Part shown: in pieces, positions 26,869 to 34,935 of the stretch
How the letters are laid out: the number at the start of each line of letters is the position of its first letter
How positions within the stretch are numbered: position 1 is the first letter of the stretch
Assembly: GCA_049802775.1 (NCBI GenBank)
Contig: JBARNC010000052.1
Location: 10,997 to 74,996, forward strand
Direction: 5' to 3'
Source of the DNA: Pseudolabrys sp.
GTDB lineage: Bacteria > Pseudomonadota > Alphaproteobacteria > Rhizobiales > Xanthobacteraceae
Length of the DNA: 64,000 nt
Program-made: the position numbers and the translations under genes
Notes under the pieces: model-generated
Database searches by the model: none
What the model was told of the DNA's origin: nothing
The model's input: only the letters and a program-made list of their open reading frames with translations

Positions 26869-28041
26869 TTATTTCTGCCCCGGCAGCTTTCGCTTGCCGC
26901 TGGCGTATTCGCTCTCGTCCCATTCCACGAACTTGCCGTCCTGCACCACGTACTTCGTGATGACCGGCACGGTATTCTGGCCATGATCGTCAAAGGTAAT
27001 TTTGCCGACGATCGAATCGCGGTCCTTCACGTCGCTGAGCGCTGCGATGACCTGCTTGCGGTCAGGGCCGACTTTCTCAATTGTATCCAGGATCATGTCC
27101 ATCGCCGCGTAGGCGAAGGCACCATAGGCTTCGGGCGCATTGTCGTATTTCTGGGCGTTGTATTTTTCCATGAAGAACTTGCCGCCCGGAAGTTTCTCGG
27201 CCGGCGCGCCTTCACGGAAGGCGAGTGTGCCTTCCGCCAGCGGTCCGAGCCCCTGGATATAAGCGTCGGAGACGATTCCTGACGTGCCGTCGAACACGGC
27301 CTTGATTCCGAGCTTGTCCATCTGGGAGCGGATGCGGACACCGATCGGAGTCAGTCCGCCGAAATAAATCACGTCGGGATTAAGCGCCTTTATCTTTGTG
27401 AGTTCGCCGGTGAAATCCTGTTGGTCCGCGGTGACGCCGAAGGTGCCAACGATATTGGCCTTGCCAATTTTCGCCAGTGCTTTGCTGAAATATTCGTTGT
27501 GCCCCTTGCCGTAATCGGTGGTGTCGTGGATCACCGCAACGGTCTTGTAGCCGAGCTTCGAGATCAGCTCGGCATTCGAGTCATTCTGATTGATCATGGT
27601 GCCATTGACGCGATGCACCTCTTCATACTTGTTGCGGTAGGTGATGTCGGGCAGCACCGCGCCCCACACGATCACCGGGAAGCCAAACTTGTGATAAACG
27701 TCAACAGTGGCGATTGCCGTCGCCGAGCAGTAGTGCGTAGCACCGGCAATGATGCCCTTGTCGGCGGCCATTTTGGTGGCAACCTGCACCGCCACATTCG
27801 GTTTGCACTCGTCATCGAGCACAACAAGTTCATATTCGTATTTCGCTTTCGGGTCGGCATTGCGCAGGCGAACGGCGAGATCGGCCGAATTTCGACCACC
27901 AAGACCGTTCACAGAAACACCGCCGGTGAGTGGACCTATGAAGCCGACCTTAACTTTGTCTTTGGCTTCGGCGGTCGCTGCTGCGAGAGCAAATATAAAT
28001 GCAACAATACCAGCCGCCGTGCATTGCGCTGTTTTGGTCAT
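26869..28041 (-). CDS. LivK/LivJ-family periplasmic amino-acid binding protein
   Basis: The start was reset to ATG 28041 (MTKTAQCTAAGIVAFIFALAAATAEA, signal peptide), preceded by GGAGGGAGG. Mature sequence KVKVGFIGPLTGG is typical. Confidence 0.87.
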   Translation of the reverse strand: MTKTAQCTAAGIVAFIFALAAATAEAKDKVKVGFIGPLTGGVSVNGLGGRNSADLAVRLRNADPKAKYEYELVVLDDECKPNVAVQVATKMAADKGIIAGATHYCSATAIATVDVYHKFGFPVIVWGAVLPDITYRNKYEEVHRVNGTMINQNDSNAELISKLGYKTVAVIHDTTDYGKGHNEYFSKALAKIGKANIVGTFGVTADQQDFTGELTKIKALNPDVIYFGGLTPIGVRIRSQMDKLGIKAVFDGTSGIVSDAYIQGLGPLAEGTLAFREGAPAEKLPGGKFFMEKYNAQKYDNAPEAYGAFAYAAMDMILDTIEKVGPDRKQVIAALSDVKDRDSIVGKITFDDHGQNTVPVITKYVVQDGKFVEWDESEYASGKRKLPGQK

Positions 28042-28180
28042 ACGCCCTCCCTCCGTCGTTTTATCCCAAAATGGTTTTTGGCAGTTCCGGGCATAGTTGC
28101 TCGGGAGAGGGCTTACGGCAAGCCCGTATTTTTGTTGTAACAAACTGAGCAGGATGTCGCAGGTGGTCAGATGCGGATAG

Positions 28181-28209
28181 AAAAGGGTGGCTGCAGAGCC
28201 GCCCTTTTT
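28181..28209. terminator. Possible bidirectional intrinsic terminator between the mltB-like gene and the liv operon
   Basis: AAAAGGGTGGC-TGCAGA-GCCGCCCTTTTT. The stem has one G.U (plus RNA) or C.A (minus RNA) position and U-tracts on both strands. It lies 87 nt after the mltB-like stop. Confidence 0.4.
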
Positions 28210-28295
28210 CATTTCAACACAATGGCCGCAATTAGTTGCTCGACTGTCCGGTCGTCGACGCGATTACGGGCGTCCGACCTCTAGCGATGAAGCAC

Positions 28296-29525
28296 TTATC
28301 GGTTTGAGCCGCTGGTGCCGCCGGCGCGAAGACGCTCGATCAATTCGGCGGTCGGATAGGAATCTGCCGGTAGGCCGAGCTTCATTTGCGCTTTCTTCGT
28401 TGCATTACGAGTCCCGGTCCCGATCTTGCCGTCGACCTCGCCGACGCCCTCATAGCCGTGCTTGATGAGCAGGCGCTGCAGTTCCATGATTTGCTGTGTT
28501 GAGAGCGGCACGATATTCGCAATGCCTGAGTGGTCGACGGTCGGTGCGCCAGCAAGTCGTGTGGCGAAATAGGCGACCGTGGTCGAATAAACCATTGCCG
28601 AATTCCACCCGAGGAATGCTTTGAAATTCGGATAAGCGAGGAATGCCGGTCCGTTACGGCCCATCGGCAGGATAAGCGAGGCCGGTAAATCATCTGATGG
28701 CAGCGAGCCGTGTGCAGACGTCACACCCCACGCGACCCATTTCGAGCGCGGATGTTGGATATCAATGTCGGCTTCCTGCCACGGCAGGTTGGAAGGCACG
28801 TGCACCTCTTGCAGCCACGGCTGGCCGCGCTTCCAGCCAAGGCTCACCAGAAAGTTAGCGGCGGAGGCGAGCGTGTCCGGGATGCTATGGATCAAGTCGC
28901 GGCGGCCATCGCCATCGAAGTCAACTGCGTTCTTGAGATAGTCGGAAGCGGTGAACTGCATGCCACCGAACTCTCCGGCCCAGTCCCCTATCATATCCTC
29001 GACGCGTTGGTCGCCGCGCTCGATGATGCGTAACGCATCAAACAATTGCTGGCGGAAGAAGTCGGGCCGGCGACAATCATAGGCGAGCGACGCAATCGCA
29101 CTTAAGATGTTGTAGTTGCCGAAGTTGGCGCCGAAGTCACTTTCGAGGCCCCAGAACGCAGTCAGCACCGGGGCGGGCACGCCGTATTTCTCCTCGATGC
29201 GAGCGAACAGGGCCGCATGTTGCTTGATCTTCGCAAGCCCGGTTGGGATTCGGCCACCACCGACCATGCGGTCGGAGAATTGCAGGAAGGTCTGGTTGAA
29301 TACCGCCTGGCCGTGGTCGCGACGAATGATCGCTTGGTCGAACGTCATGCTCGGCGCGGCGGCAGCGATAACGCGTGGCGAGATGTCTTGCGCAGCGGCC
29401 TCCTTCTTGAAGTCCTCGAGCCAGCGCTCGTAGCTGCCGGAATTGCGGCAGCTAGCTGCTGAGGCCTGCCCTGCAAGGAGCGCACCGAGTGCGAACACGG
29501 CCAGTGCCAAAGCTGTTTTTCGCAT
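28296..29525 (-). CDS. Lytic murein transglycosylase (MltB family) with a C-terminal peptidoglycan-binding domain
   Basis: ORF of 409 aa with a signal peptide, the motif FWGLESDFG, and a C-terminal PG_binding_1-like repeat (LQRLLIKHGYEGVGEVDGKIG). Confidence 0.87.
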   Translation of the reverse strand: MRKTALALAVFALGALLAGQASAASCRNSGSYERWLEDFKKEAAAQDISPRVIAAAAPSMTFDQAIIRRDHGQAVFNQTFLQFSDRMVGGGRIPTGLAKIKQHAALFARIEEKYGVPAPVLTAFWGLESDFGANFGNYNILSAIASLAYDCRRPDFFRQQLFDALRIIERGDQRVEDMIGDWAGEFGGMQFTASDYLKNAVDFDGDGRRDLIHSIPDTLASAANFLVSLGWKRGQPWLQEVHVPSNLPWQEADIDIQHPRSKWVAWGVTSAHGSLPSDDLPASLILPMGRNGPAFLAYPNFKAFLGWNSAMVYSTTVAYFATRLAGAPTVDHSGIANIVPLSTQQIMELQRLLIKHGYEGVGEVDGKIGTGTRNATKKAQMKLGLPADSYPTAELIERLRAGGTSGSNR

Positions 29526-29726
29526 CGTTCAGTCCATCTGTTGCGAGGATCAAAGTTAAAACTAGTCGCGGGCGACCGGCCGTGGTGGCCTTACGCACCC
29601 ATGCGTTCCCCCGCGCAAAGTCCGGCACCCGCAGTGGTTAGTCAAGGTGAGGCTTTCGCAGCCTGCACCATTGCGCGCATACTCGCCGCTCCCCGGCCGA
29701 AAGGGGTTGAGAACAGGGAGGATGTC

Positions 29727-30206
29727 GTGGCTGCCAATGTCCGCTTTTCGAATCCGAAAACGCTCGCCAAACCACCAGGCTACAGCTACGTGGTTGAGGC
29801 GACCGGGCCCAACCGGCTGATCTTCATAGCCGGCCAGCTGGGACTTGACATGGAGAATAAACTGGTTGGCATGGTGGGAGATTTTCGCGCGCAGGCAAAC
29901 AAAGCGATCGACAATCTCAAGCTCGCGCTTGCCGACGCCGGCGCGACGATTAAAGACGTTGTGAAGATCAACAATTATCTTGTCGATATGTCGCACATCG
30001 CGATTTTCCGCGAGGTGCGCGATCAGCATTTCAATATGTCGGCCCCGCCAGCCAGCACTACGGTAGCGATTTCGCAGCTGGCGCGACCGGGCGCCCTGTT
30101 CGAGATCGAGGCAATCGCGGTGTTGCCAGCGAAGACTGCCAAGTCGGCAAAGGCCAAATCTGCCGCGCGCCGCGGCAAGGTTAAAGCGCGTCGAAAGAAA
30201 CGATAG
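29727..30206 (+). CDS. RidA/YjgF-family protein with a 27-aa Lys/Arg/Ala-rich C-terminal tail
   Basis: GTG 29727 is preceded by GGGAGG. The RidA core runs from SNPKTLAKPPGYSYVV to ALFEIEAIAVL, then comes the tail PAKTAKSAKAKSAARRGKVKARRKKR. The track ORF starts at 29541. Confidence 0.8.
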   Translation: MAANVRFSNPKTLAKPPGYSYVVEATGPNRLIFIAGQLGLDMENKLVGMVGDFRAQANKAIDNLKLALADAGATIKDVVKINNYLVDMSHIAIFREVRDQHFNMSAPPASTTVAISQLARPGALFEIEAIAVLPAKTAKSAKAKSAARRGKVKARRKKR

Positions 30207-30288
30207 CGAGCAACGCGACTACCGGCTGCAGGATCGCGCTCGTCCACAGCGTGTAATCTAAGAAAAACGCGGAATGCTGCACGCCCAC

Positions 30289-33200
30289 TCAGTGCGCCTC
30301 GTCCCAATTGTCAGCCGCGCGGGCGTCGACCTGAAGCGGTACGTGCAGCGAGACCGCCGGGTCAGGAGCGCTCTGCATTACGCTCTTGATGACCGGGAGC
30401 GTGCGCTCGACTTCGTTTGCCGGCACCTCAAAGACCAGTTCGTCATGCACTTGCAGAAGCATCTTTGCACCCAACTTGTCTTTCTGAACCTCCGGCTCAA
30501 TGCGGATCATCGCGCGGCGGATGATGTCAGCCGCAGACCCCTGCAAACGGGCATTGATCGCGGCGCGCTCATTGAACGAGCGGATCGAAGGATTGCTTGC
30601 CTTGATGTCGGGGTAGTGGCACTTGCGGCCAAATAGGGTGAGCACATAGCCGTGTTCGCGACAAAACTCGCGCGTTTCGTCCATGTAGTCTCGGATGCCT
30701 GGGAAGCGCTCGAAATATTTCTTGATATAAGCGCCGGCTTCTTTTGCATCAATGCCAAGCTGCGCTGCAAGTCCAAATGCCGAAATGCCGTAGATAATCC
30801 CGAAATTGATTGCCTTCGCGCGGCGGCGCACTTCGCCCGGCATGTCCTTGACGGGCACGCCGAACATCTCCGAGGCGGTCATTGCGTGGATGTCGACACC
30901 GTCCTGGAACGCCTTGCGCAGTGCCGGCACGTCGGCGACTTCTGACAACAACCGCAGCTCGATCTGCGAATAATCGGCGGAGAGTAGCTTCATGCCGGGC
31001 GAAGCGACGAAGGCCCGCCGGATCTTGCGCCCATCCTCGGTTCGAATAGGGATATTCTGCAGGTTCGGCTCGGACGACGATAGCCGCCCGGTCGAGGTGG
31101 CAGCGAGCGCGTAGCTCGTGTGGACGCGGCGCGTCTTCGGGTTGACGTAAGTCGGCAGCGCCTCGGTATAGGTCGAACGCAATTTCGATACCTGCCGCCA
31201 GTCAAGGATGACTTGCGGGAGCTTGTGGCCCTGCTCGGCCAGTTCTTCTAGAGCCCGCGCGCCAGTTGACCATTGTCCGGTCTTGGTCTTCGTGCCGCCG
31301 GGCAATCCCATTTGGCCAAACAGGATGTCGCCCAATTGTTTTGGGCTCCCGGGATTCACCTGCGTTCCAGCGATCTTGTTGATGTCCCGTTCGAGCGCTG
31401 CTTGCTTTTTGCCAAAGTCGTTCGAGAGTTGCGACAGCACGCCCGGATCGACCGAAATCCCGCGTTCCTCCATGCACGCAAGAACATGCGGCATCGGTCG
31501 TTCCAACGTCTCATAAACGCTGACAACTTTCTCGGCGGCCACGCGCGGCTTTAATGCCTGCCAAAGGCGAAGCGTCACATCGGCATCCTCAGCGGCATAG
31601 GTCGCCGTGCGAGCGATCGGCGTCGCTTCCGGCGTAAACAGGGCTTTCTCTTTGCTCTTCACATCGTTGAAGCGCGAGGGACTGCGGCCCAGGTAGCGCG
31701 TGGCGACGCTGTCCATGTCATGTGAGGCCTTACCGGCGTCTAGCACGTAAGACATCAGCATGGTGTCGTCGGTTGCCCCGAGTCGGACGCCGCGGCAAGC
31801 CAGCACCAGCCAATCCCGTTTCACGTCGTGACCAATCTTGACGATGCTGCCGTCTTCCAGAATCGATTTAAGCGCCTTGAGCGCATCACGTTCATCAACT
31901 TGTCCGGCGCAAAGTTTTGCCGCGAATAATCCGGAAGAGTCTCCTTCACTTGCCTCGCGGTGACCGAGCGGCAGATAGCCTGCTTCGTTTGGTGCCACGG
32001 CCAGGGCGACACCGCACAGCGTGGTCTGCATCGGATCGAGGCTACTGGTTTCGGTCTTCAGCGCCAGAACGCCGGTGTCGTGCGCGCGCGCGATCCAATG
32101 CGCAAGACGATCGAGCGTGCCGATCGTCTCATACTTGGCTCGATCGATCTTGCTAGCGCGCAATGCCGAAAGCCGGCGCTCGGACAGAGAGATTGGTGTC
32201 AGTCCGGCGGAATCAATGTTCGGACCAGCCGCACCCTTACGCGAAGATGGCGCAACTAGGGGGAGCTGTCCTTGTCCGCTGGTACGGCCGGCCGGAACAG
32301 GAGACGGCCTAAAGGACTCGGCAGCTGTCGCGCCGCTAGATGCCAGAGCCCCGCCGGCCTCAATTTGGCTTGCATCAATGCCCGCCTTTTCGGCGACGCG
32401 CTGCGTCAGCGTCCTGAATCCCATCGCTTTGAGAAAAGTAATGAGGGCCTTGTAATCCGGTTCATGCACCGCGAGGTTTTCGACCGGCACTTCAAGTGGC
32501 ACCCGGTCGTCAAGTGTGACGAGTTTCTTCGAAATGCGGGCAGCTTCAGCATTGTCAATGAGGGCTTGGCGTCGCTTCTCCTGCTTGATCTCGCCGGTAC
32601 GTTTGAGCAGCGTTTCAAGGTCGCCGTATTCGCCGATGAGCTGCGCTGCGGTCTTCACACCGATTCCTGGCACGCCCGGCACGTTGTCGGATGTATCGCC
32701 GATCAGCGCCTGCACCTCGATAACCTTTTTCGGCGGCACGCCAAATTTATCGATCACTTCCGGAATGCCGATGCGGGTATCTTTCATTGTGTCGTACATG
32801 ATCACGCAATCGTTCACGAGCTGCATGAGATCCTTATCGGACGACACGATGGTGGCGGTCGCGCCCGCCTCGCAGGCGATACGTGCATAAGTTGCGATCA
32901 GGTCATCGGCTTCGTAGCCGGCTTGCTCGAGGCAAGGGATCTCGAAGGCGCGCACTGCGTCCCGGATGAGCGGAAACTGCGGGATGAGATCATCGGGCGG
33001 AGGCGGTCGATGCGCCTTGTAGTCCTTGTACATCTCCGTGCGGAAGGTCTTTTCCGACTTGTCGAAGATCACCGCGAGATGTGTCGGTCGCTCTTCTGGC
33101 TTCATCTCCTTGAGGAGCTTCCAGAGCATGCTGCAGAAACCGTAGACGGCATTAACATGCGTGCCGTCCGGCGTGCGCGGCTCGAATCTAATCGCGTGAT

Positions 33201-33330
33201 AAGCGCGGAAGATGTATCCGGAACCATCGACCAGGAACAGGTGGTCGCCCTTCTTAAGCGGGCGCGGGGCCTTTGCTGGAACGGACGTGGGCGTGGCGGC
33301 TTTCGTCTTGGATTTGGCGGGGGCTGGCAT
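30289..33330 (-). CDS. polA: DNA polymerase I
   Basis: Contains 5'-nuclease, 3'-5' exonuclease and polymerase domains (motif A LLSADYSQIELR, motif B RRRAKAINFGIIYG, motif C QVHDELVFE). ATG 33330 was chosen; the TTG at 33366 is an alternative. Confidence 0.95.
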   Translation of the reverse strand: MPAPAKSKTKAATPTSVPAKAPRPLKKGDHLFLVDGSGYIFRAYHAIRFEPRTPDGTHVNAVYGFCSMLWKLLKEMKPEERPTHLAVIFDKSEKTFRTEMYKDYKAHRPPPPDDLIPQFPLIRDAVRAFEIPCLEQAGYEADDLIATYARIACEAGATATIVSSDKDLMQLVNDCVIMYDTMKDTRIGIPEVIDKFGVPPKKVIEVQALIGDTSDNVPGVPGIGVKTAAQLIGEYGDLETLLKRTGEIKQEKRRQALIDNAEAARISKKLVTLDDRVPLEVPVENLAVHEPDYKALITFLKAMGFRTLTQRVAEKAGIDASQIEAGGALASSGATAAESFRPSPVPAGRTSGQGQLPLVAPSSRKGAAGPNIDSAGLTPISLSERRLSALRASKIDRAKYETIGTLDRLAHWIARAHDTGVLALKTETSSLDPMQTTLCGVALAVAPNEAGYLPLGHREASEGDSSGLFAAKLCAGQVDERDALKALKSILEDGSIVKIGHDVKRDWLVLACRGVRLGATDDTMLMSYVLDAGKASHDMDSVATRYLGRSPSRFNDVKSKEKALFTPEATPIARTATYAAEDADVTLRLWQALKPRVAAEKVVSVYETLERPMPHVLACMEERGISVDPGVLSQLSNDFGKKQAALERDINKIAGTQVNPGSPKQLGDILFGQMGLPGGTKTKTGQWSTGARALEELAEQGHKLPQVILDWRQVSKLRSTYTEALPTYVNPKTRRVHTSYALAATSTGRLSSSEPNLQNIPIRTEDGRKIRRAFVASPGMKLLSADYSQIELRLLSEVADVPALRKAFQDGVDIHAMTASEMFGVPVKDMPGEVRRRAKAINFGIIYGISAFGLAAQLGIDAKEAGAYIKKYFERFPGIRDYMDETREFCREHGYVLTLFGRKCHYPDIKASNPSIRSFNERAAINARLQGSAADIIRRAMIRIEPEVQKDKLGAKMLLQVHDELVFEVPANEVERTLPVIKSVMQSAPDPAVSLHVPLQVDARAADNWDEAH

Positions 33331-33489
33331 GGTTCCGAATGTGGGCCCGGACGGCGCGTTAATCAATCCGCCAAAAAAGTGCGGCCACAGAAAATGCGCA
33401 TTGCCCTACACCTCTCGCCACTGCGGATGACGTTTGCTATGCAGGCGCGTTGACCGGAAACGTTTTGTCACTTTCATGACGGATTTTCC

Positions 33490-34800
33490 ATGCGCGTTGC
33501 CATGATCGGCACCGGCTATGTTGGCCTTGTTTCAGGTGCTTGCTTCGCCGATTTCGGCCATGAGGTGGTCTGCGTCGATAAGGACAAGGCGAAGATCGCT
33601 GCGTTGGGGCGTGGCGCGATGCCGATCTACGAGCCCGGGCTCAATGAAGTAGTCGCCGTCAATACCCGGGCTGGCCGGCTGAAATTTGCTACAGAGCTTT
33701 CCGCCGCAGTGGCTACCGCGGATGCGGTGTTCATTGCGGTCGGCACGCCCTCGCGCCGCGGCGACGGCTTTGCCGACCTCAGTTTCGTCCACGATGCTGC
33801 CCGTGAAATCGCGCGAGCGCTCGACGGCTTCACAGTTGTGATCACCAAGTCAACCGTGCCGGTCGGCACCGGCGACGAAGTCGAGCGCATAATCCGTGAG
33901 ACAAGGACCGACGCCGACTGTGCGGTTGTGTCGAATCCCGAATTTCTCCGAGAAGGTGCGGCCATTCGGGACTTCAAGCACCCCGACCGCATCGTGATCG
34001 GCAGCACGGACACGCGCGCGCGAGAGGTCATGAGCGAACTATATCGGCCGCTCTATCTCAACCGTTCGCCGATTCTCTTTACCGATCGGCGTACCGCCGA
34101 ACTGATTAAATACGCAGCGAACGCTTTCCTCGCCACCAAAATTACTTTCATTAACGAAATCGCAGATCTCGCCGAAAAGGTCGGCGCCGACGTGCAGGAG
34201 ATTGCGCGCGGCATCGGTCTCGACAACCGCATCGGCTCGAAATTTTTGCACGCCGGTCCAGGTTATGGTGGCTCGTGTTTTCCCAAGGATACCGTGGCGC
34301 TGATCAAGACCGCGCAAGACTACGCGGCGCCGCTGCGCATCGTCGAGGCAGTTGCGCAAGTCAACGATGCGCGCAAGCGCGCGATGGCGCGCAAGGTTTC
34401 AGCGGCACTTGGCGGCGAATTGCGCGGAAAGACCATCGCGGTGCTAGGCCTCACGTTCAAGCCGAACACCGACGACATGCGCGAGGCGCCGTCGATCCCG
34501 CTCATTACTGCATTGCAGGACATGGGCGCCAAGGTGCGTGCCTTTGACCCGGTCGGCATGGAGCAGGCCAAGAGCGTGATCGGCAATGTCACCTTCTGCA
34601 ATGATGCGTATTCGTGCGCGGAAGGCGCATCCGCGCTGGTGATCGTCACCGAATGGGAGCAGTTTCGCGCACTCGATTTCGAGCGGCTAAAGACAGTCAT
34701 GGCGCAGCCAGTGTTGGTCGATCTGCGTAATGTCTATCGGCCGGAGGAGATCGCCCGTCATGGCTTCGTCTACGAGAGCGTCGGCCGGGCGCGCAAGTGA
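33490..34800 (+). CDS. ugd: UDP-glucose 6-dehydrogenase
   Basis: ORF of 436 aa: MIGTGYVGLVSGACFA, with the catalytic Cys in GYGGSCFPKD. Confidence 0.93.
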   Translation: MRVAMIGTGYVGLVSGACFADFGHEVVCVDKDKAKIAALGRGAMPIYEPGLNEVVAVNTRAGRLKFATELSAAVATADAVFIAVGTPSRRGDGFADLSFVHDAAREIARALDGFTVVITKSTVPVGTGDEVERIIRETRTDADCAVVSNPEFLREGAAIRDFKHPDRIVIGSTDTRAREVMSELYRPLYLNRSPILFTDRRTAELIKYAANAFLATKITFINEIADLAEKVGADVQEIARGIGLDNRIGSKFLHAGPGYGGSCFPKDTVALIKTAQDYAAPLRIVEAVAQVNDARKRAMARKVSAALGGELRGKTIAVLGLTFKPNTDDMREAPSIPLITALQDMGAKVRAFDPVGMEQAKSVIGNVTFCNDAYSCAEGASALVIVTEWEQFRALDFERLKTVMAQPVLVDLRNVYRPEEIARHGFVYESVGRARK

Positions 34801-34830
34801 TGTTTAACGAAGCTCTCTTTCCTAAACGTT

Positions 34831-34871
34831 GTCATCCCCCGCGGAAGCGGGGGACCCAGTAATCACCGGCG
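34831..34871. repeat. REP-like GC hairpin element after ugd (possible terminator)
   Basis: GTCATCCCCCGCGGAAGCGGGGGACCCAGTAATCACCGGCG, with a 7-bp stem CCCCCGC/GCGGGGG and a GGAA loop. It resembles short intergenic repeats common in related genomes (from memory). Only one copy is in this window. Confidence 0.5.
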
Positions 34872-34935
34872 TCGCGTTACTTTGAATCCCACGGTTACTG
34901 GATCATCCGCATGCTGGATGATGACGCCGAAAGCC

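Noticed and set aside
27421-28140. 239-aa plus-strand ORF
   Set aside because: It is antisense to the LivK-type binding-protein gene, so it is an artefact.
32272-33453. 393-aa ORF on the plus strand
   Set aside because: It is entirely antisense to polA, which has all three domains intact. Its Arg/Gly/His-rich, low-complexity composition is typical of open antisense frames in GC-rich DNA, and no recognisable motif is present.
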